Shown here one piece after another: positions 59,062 through 64,000 of a DNA stretch of 64,000 nt; within the stretch, counting starts at the first letter, position 1, and each line of letters opens with the position of its first letter. This stretch comes from an uncultured delta proteobacterium (lineage in GTDB: Bacteria > Desulfobacterota > Binatia > UBA9968): the NCBI GenBank assembly GCA_963737905.1, contig CAVTUQ010000002.1, forward strand, positions 416,001 to 480,000, read 5' to 3'. Under the pieces are notes generated by a model. The model was not told the origin of the DNA and ran no database searches. It was given only the letters and a program-made list of their open reading frames with translations. The translations under genes and the position numbers were made by a program.

Positions 59062-59220
59062 ATGAAACCCCAGCGGCGTAAAAATAGCACTAAGCTGAAG
59101 CAAAAAAAGATGTTAGAAGTCTCGCGTAAGATGGACGGTTTGGCCAAGAAACTGGGCAAATGGGACCCGCAGGCGATCGTCCGGAACTTTCGCGATAGCA
59201 ATCTAACTGGCAAATCCTAG
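59062..59220 (+). CDS. Small basic protein resembling a VapB-like antitoxin C-terminus
   Basis: MKPQRRKNSTKLKQKKMLEVSRKMDGLAKKLGKWDPQAIVRNFRD; below the ORF-track cutoff; family call is weak. Confidence 0.35.
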   Translation: MKPQRRKNSTKLKQKKMLEVSRKMDGLAKKLGKWDPQAIVRNFRDSNLTGKS

Positions 59221-59374
59221 CGCTGGCAGTCTGAGCGTCGTGGCGAGCAGGCCGATAAATCACAAGTAAATCGCGAGCCCATTGGCTTCGTTGACGCGGC
59301 ACCCATTTCTTGTCATGCAACAGGTCTTAGAATACCTTTACTAACACCAAACCTATTGGTACTGGAGAATAATC

Positions 59375-60488
59375 ATGGCTGGCGTCGTTGATGCAGATAC
59401 ACATATTATCGAACATCCCGGGATGTGGGAGCTCTTTGACCCGGAACTTTATCCGCGTCGACCCGTATTGGCGTCGACCACCGATAACAGTGTCTATGGA
59501 CATAACAACCAGGTCTGGTTGATCGATGGCGTGGCCGTGCCCAAGCGCTTTGGCAAAGGCAGTGCCATTGTCGCCGTGGGCGGGTCCGACGCGGAAGAGG
59601 CGCGCACGGACATTGCCAAAGCGGTGCGCTACATCACCGACGCTACCGCGCGGGTAAGCGACATGGACAAGCGCGGCGTCGACGCTGAAGTCGTATTTCC
59701 GACCCTGTTACTGGGCTACCTGCCGGTGGAGGTCGACCTGGAGATAGCCATCTGCGCTGCCTACAACCGTTACCTGGCAAGAGCCTGGGAACAGGGCGGC
59801 GATCGCTTGCGCTGGGTTGTCGTCCCACCGCTGCGGGACATCCAGGCTTCGGTGCGTGAGATCGAAACTGCACGTGACCACGGCGCGGTGGGCGTGTTCT
59901 TTCGCGGCGTAGAGGGGGAGCGCTCCCTGGCAGAGTCCTATTTTTTCCCGGTGTACGAGGCCGCCAACCGTTTGGGTATGGCCATTTGCATTCACACCGG
60001 CGCCGGTGCGCCGGAAATCACTAAAGTCTTCGACCGCAGTTTCAGCCACAACTTGCCGCACGTACGCTCGCTGCCGCTGTTCGCCTTTCGCGACCTCGTG
60101 GCTCACAAAATTCCCGAACGCTTTCCGCAACTGCGGTTTGGCTTCATCGAGGCGTCGGCCTCTTGGGTACCCTACGTGCTACACCACCTCGCAACGGTCC
60201 AGCGGCGCAAAACTCAACGCCGGCGGCGACGCCGATGCAGCCATGGAGTGGGGACCAAAGCTATTCAGCGACTACCGGCTCTACGTTGCCGCCGAGGCGG
60301 ACGAAGACCTGGCCTATCTCCTGACTCACATTGGCGAAGACAACATGATCATGGGCTCGGATTACGGCCACCAGGATCAATCCAAAGAAGATGGTATGGT
60401 GGGTGTGATGCGGCGCAAGAAAAGTATATCGCCGGCGGTGATCGAAAAAATTCTCTGCGACAACCCGCGTCGCTTCTATGGACTTTGA
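59375..60488 (+). CDS. Amidohydrolase_2 family protein; one-base frameshift near 60191
   Basis: DADTH, V.FPT, IHTG and FIEA..WVP; the C-terminal GSDYGH...DNPRRFYGL is in the next frame. Confidence 0.9.
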
Positions 60489-60594
60489 CGATCATGAGAC
60501 GTCAGCTTACCCCGACTCGGTCCGGAAATATCAAGATTAAAGTCTTGACCCCAATCAAAGGCAAGCTATCTTCTCATGAGCGGAGGGAACGGGT

Positions 60595-61785
60595 ATGAGG
60601 GACAACATGCGCGGCGCGGCCGCTATCGTCGGGATTGGCGAGCTGAAGCCAGAGCGGACGCGGCCGGGCCGCGATGCGATGAGCTTGCTGGCTGAGGCGG
60701 CGTATCTTGCGATTCAAGATGCTGGGCTGACCAAAGCGGACATTGACGGGATGATCCTGGAAGAGGGCATGACCCCGACCGGGAGCGGCTACAACCCGAA
60801 GATGGCCGAATACATGGGCATCTACCCAACTTTCGCCACCGGCTGTGATGCGCAAGGCGCGGCCGGAGTCACGATGGCGCTGCAGGCGGCTGCTTACATC
60901 AACGCGGGCTTGTGTGACTACGTGCTCTGCGGCATGAGTGCCGCGATAGACGGCTCGCGGCCCCGACGCCCAGCTGGGCCAGGTCTCACCGAGACGGCTA
61001 CCTCTGAGTTCGCCGCGCCCTTCGGCCCGACCGTGGGGGCGAACGGCTGGTACGCCATGATCGCCAAGCGCTACGAGAAGCTGTACGGCGCTACCGTGGA
61101 GAAGCGCGCCAAGATCAGCGTGGACCTGCGCTACAACGCCAACCACAATCCGATGGCCATCTGGCACGACGTGCCGATTACGGTCGACGACGTGGTCAAC
61201 TCGCGCATCGTGGCCGATCCACTTCATTTGTTGGAATGCGTCATGCCCTGCGCCGGGGCTTGCGCGTTCGTCGTGACCCGGGCGGACATCGCGCGAGGTA
61301 TGCGCCATAAGCCAGCCTACGTGCTCGGCGGCGCGAACGGCGTGTCGCGCGGCAACCTCACCCATGTCGGCGAGATCACCATCTCCCCCGTGGGTCGGGC
61401 CGCGCGTAAAGCGTTCGCCATGGCGGGCTACGGCCCGTCCGATGTCCAGGTTATGGAGATTTACGACTCATTCACCATCACCGTGATGTGCGAGCTGGAA
61501 GAGTCCGGCTTCTGCCCGAAGGGCACCGCTGGGGACTGGGTTCAGCAGCACGATTTGACCTTTAAAGGCGATAAGCCACTGAACACGCATGGCGGTCAGC
61601 TCTCCTATGGCCAGGCGTCAACCGCGGGTGGCTGTGCCCAGGTCACCGAGGCGGTGCGCCAGATCCGTCGAGACGCCGGCGAGCACCAGGTACCGGGTCC
61701 TACCGATTTGGTCTACGTGACAGGCTCCGGCGGCACCTTCTCGCAGCAGTCGGCGCTGCTGCTAGCGAGCGGCGCAGCACTGTAG
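60595..61785 (+). CDS. Thiolase-fold protein (SCP-x/Ltp2-like)
   Basis: AIVGIGE, SR.VADPL...C, EIYDSF and NTHGGQLSYG motifs. Confidence 0.9.
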   Translation: MRDNMRGAAAIVGIGELKPERTRPGRDAMSLLAEAAYLAIQDAGLTKADIDGMILEEGMTPTGSGYNPKMAEYMGIYPTFATGCDAQGAAGVTMALQAAAYINAGLCDYVLCGMSAAIDGSRPRRPAGPGLTETATSEFAAPFGPTVGANGWYAMIAKRYEKLYGATVEKRAKISVDLRYNANHNPMAIWHDVPITVDDVVNSRIVADPLHLLECVMPCAGACAFVVTRADIARGMRHKPAYVLGGANGVSRGNLTHVGEITISPVGRAARKAFAMAGYGPSDVQVMEIYDSFTITVMCELEESGFCPKGTAGDWVQQHDLTFKGDKPLNTHGGQLSYGQASTAGGCAQVTEAVRQIRRDAGEHQVPGPTDLVYVTGSGGTFSQQSALLLASGAAL

Positions 61786-61866
61786 GGCCGCACTCCTGTC
61801 ATGCTGAGCCCCGCGGGCGAAGCATCCGTAAACCCGAAAAGCCCCAAACACGAAGGAGTCACCGAG

Positions 61867-62298
61867 ATGGCCACTACGAGCGAGTACAAGAAGCCTCTTC
61901 CTACCCCATCCCACGTCAGCCAGCCATTCTGGGATGCTGCGAAGGAACATCGCCTCACCTACCAACGCTGCACGGCATGTGGAGCCCGGGTTTTTTACCC
62001 GCGCGACGTCTGCCCTGGGCCCGAGTGCTTCGGTGTTGGGACGTTGGAGTGGGTCGAGTCTAGGGGGAAGGGTTGGGTCTACGCTTCGTCGATCTCTTAC
62101 CAGCCGGCCCACCCGGCGTTCGCTGACGACGTGCCCTACGTGCTCGCCATCATCGAGCTGGACGAGGGCGTGCGCATGAACAGCAATGTGGTCGGGATCG
62201 ATCCGAAAGAGGTCGAGATCGGCATGCGTGTCGAAGTCGTCTGGGACGACGTCACGCCCGAGTTCAGCCTACCGAAGTTCCGCCCAATCCAGAAGTGA
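61867..62298 (+). CDS. DUF35-type Zn-ribbon/OB-fold protein
   Basis: PFW, QRCTACG..FYPR..CP..C, PYVLA..LDEG and IGMRV motifs; RBS AAGGAG. Confidence 0.92.
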   Translation: MATTSEYKKPLPTPSHVSQPFWDAAKEHRLTYQRCTACGARVFYPRDVCPGPECFGVGTLEWVESRGKGWVYASSISYQPAHPAFADDVPYVLAIIELDEGVRMNSNVVGIDPKEVEIGMRVEVVWDDVTPEFSLPKFRPIQK

Positions 62299-62311
62299 TC
62301 GCCCGTAAAGG

Positions 62312-62902
62312 TCATGTCTTGGGGGCAAGTTGAGCTAACTCCAAGACTTCCATGATTTGGCTGTTCCACTTGATCCAGCCGAACAGTTGAACTCTGGTGC
62401 CCGCCGCCGGTAAGCCATTGCTTCGTGGTTGGTTGACACGACACCACAGCTCTCGTTGATCTTCCAACCCGACGCAAAAAAATCCAGTGTCAGGATCAAT
62501 TTCCTTCAGTTCGCCCTCATAAGAGACAGCCAGGCCGAATCGGCGCCAGAGCAATTTGAGATAGAGATCTGGCGCGTTATCGGCCGCCACTGCGGCGCCG
62601 CCGGCCGCATCTGTGTCGGTGGCTAACCAATAGCCTTGATTTCGATCGACTATGACCAAGGTCTCCCGTGGCAGGCCGACGCCGTTGTACACTAGTGCAC
62701 CGGCAAAATTCAATTTTTTGAGATAGGCGACATCGTGAATCTGTTCGACGACCAGATCGAGGCTGCCGCGGCCGCGCCGCCCGGCCAGGAGGCGCAATCC
62801 GTCGAGCAGGGGTTCCGGCAATGGCTTATTGAAATAGGCGATCGTGTGGTCGGCCGATTCCAATCTGGCAACGAGGTCGCTTAGCGATATTCGCGGATTC
62901 AT
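62312..62902 (-). CDS. Hypothetical protein; degenerate PLD-like N-domain plus a beta-rich OB-like C-domain
   Basis: LESA..TI, L..LA.RRG, L..AG..VY and LVIVD pattern without HxK; start may be 63010. Confidence 0.6.
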   Translation of the reverse strand: MNPRISLSDLVARLESADHTIAYFNKPLPEPLLDGLRLLAGRRGRGSLDLVVEQIHDVAYLKKLNFAGALVYNGVGLPRETLVIVDRNQGYWLATDTDAAGGAAVAADNAPDLYLKLLWRRFGLAVSYEGELKEIDPDTGFFCVGLEDQRELWCRVNQPRSNGLPAAGTRVQLFGWIKWNSQIMEVLELAQLAPKT

Positions 62903-63104
62903 CTTGGTTCGGTCTAATATTGCAATTGTAGCGGTCAGTTGAAACAACCTGTGAAGGAATTCAAGCCGCGCAGCGGCATCGATGCTCGCCAGCGCGGATA
63001 GTCGCTGCATGTCTATAAGGTCAGCAGAGGGGGCAGACTCAACCTGACCCTCAGCGGCTCTTTCTACAATCGGAAAAGCGGACTCCAGAAGTGATCTTTA
63101 GAGA

Positions 63105-63800
63105 TCAGAAGAACGCATCCTGTCTGTTGCCGTTCCTGAGACGAGGATGATAATTGTAGCGTGAAATCACGTCGATAAACGCTTGCGGAGAAGAAACCGC
63201 TTTCTGAAGCAGGTCATTCTTCATCAGTGATATGAATAGGGCGCAGGAACGTGCTTGGCAATTGATGGATTTGCTCGGATTGAATTCAATATCAGTAAAT
63301 CCTGCGTACCTATACAGGCGCTCCAGCCACTCGCGATGCGGATAGATCGCGGTAACGTAGAGCCAATCGTAAAAAATTGTCTTGGGCTCCAGGGGAAGGG
63401 AATAACCGTTGAACCTGAAGCCGATGAGCCGGCCAGATTCTTGCAGGCGAGGATCACGCTTTGCAATTCTCCCTTCAGCCGTGTAGAGATCCGTATACGG
63501 TCCGCCCCTCTCAAACACTTTGCTTCCTTGAAAGGCTGCTTCCAGCCGTATTTCTCCAATGTTTTCTGCGCGCACTTTGAGATGAAAAGCGCTTAAGTGC
63601 TGTCCTATCTTCTCCTCTGATTTTGAGGAGATTTCCAAAAGTAAGGAATATCCAGCACGAGCCGCAGCCTGATGCAGCGTTACGATATTCTTCTTTTTCT
63701 GGGTCGGAGAGAATCCTGAGTGCCAGGTGATATCGAAATACAGCTCCTTGACCAGCTCTTTACTCCCGCTAACCGGCACGAAGATTGGGCGTTCAGCCAT
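63105..63800 (-). CDS. DarT1-associated NADAR-type ADP-ribosylglycohydrolase antitoxin (DarG1-like)
   Basis: MAERP.F, W..GFS..QKKK, LLEISSKS, LSAF.L, E.AFQGSKVFE.GGP, FYDWLY and FTDIEFNP.KSINCQA; start overlaps the stop of a DarT-like gene. Confidence 0.78.
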   Translation of the reverse strand: MAERPIFVPVSGSKELVKELYFDITWHSGFSPTQKKKNIVTLHQAAARAGYSLLLEISSKSEEKIGQHLSAFHLKVRAENIGEIRLEAAFQGSKVFERGGPYTDLYTAEGRIAKRDPRLQESGRLIGFRFNGYSLPLEPKTIFYDWLYVTAIYPHREWLERLYRYAGFTDIEFNPSKSINCQARSCALFISLMKNDLLQKAVSSPQAFIDVISRYNYHPRLRNGNRQDAFF

Positions 63801-64000
63801 TTGGCAGGTTCCTGATCATCTTCAACGGGATTTTTTTCGGCACTAAAATCTCGTATTTTTCGGCCTGCTGCAGGCGGGTTTGGATCTTCGTGTCGGACCA
63901 GTTCGTGCGAGTATAGAGCACTTCGAAGTCGATAATCTTGGCCGCTTCCTCGATAGTATAGGTTTCGACTCCCCCTTTGTTTGCTACGTCGTCTGTAAAG
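63793..64000 (-). CDS. darT: DarT (DUF4433) ssDNA ADP-ribosyltransferase toxin, C-terminal part (runs off the window)
   Basis: FTDDVANK...IDFEVLY...W.D...QAEKYEILVPKKIP..MI; E of EILVP is at the catalytic-Glu position; ATGGCTGA overlap with the antitoxin. Confidence 0.72.
   Translation of the reverse strand, partial: FTDDVANKGGVETYTIEEAAKIIDFEVLYTRTNWSDTKIQTRLQQAEKYEILVPKKIPLKMIRNLPNG

Noticed and set aside
60574-61365. Long antisense ORFs (here and e.g. 12414-13022, 39075-39725, 45693-46322)
   Set aside because: Shadow frames of well-supported GC-rich genes.

Overview
Chromosomal window from a moderately GC-rich, Deltaproteobacteria-like bacterium. Gene families and synteny suggest Ca. Binatia/Binatota (inference). 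Core blocks are HTH-pilMNOPQ-aroCKBQ, priA-def-fmt-rsmB-tRNA-Pro(CGG), clpS-clpA-M48 protease, a CBS protein with 2-oxoacid:ferredoxin oxidoreductase alpha/beta, ybeY-prfB (programmed +1 frameshift) and a 7Fe ferredoxin. Accessory blocks lie between them: (i) an orphan Cache/HAMP/2xGAF histidine kinase with a solute-binding protein; (ii) cysD-cysNC next to a thymidylate-kinase-like P-loop protein and a sulfotransferase; (iii) a decaying metal/redox region (PadR remnant, monoheme cytochrome, helical repeat protein, ChrA, VOC proteins, multicopper oxidase, beta-barrel, CHRD remnant, fused MFS fragments, ECF sigma/anti-sigma, cupredoxin, YVTN propeller) with a repeated ECF-type promoter motif; (iv) catabolic clusters; (v) a NYN-LOTUS protein flanked by orphan antitoxin-like ORFs; (vi) a DarT/NADAR (DarTG1-type) pair at the right edge. 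Many single-base frameshifts in otherwise intact genes look like long-read errors. No integrase, transposase, CRISPR array or rRNA was seen. All family calls come from reading motifs by eye; no database search was run.
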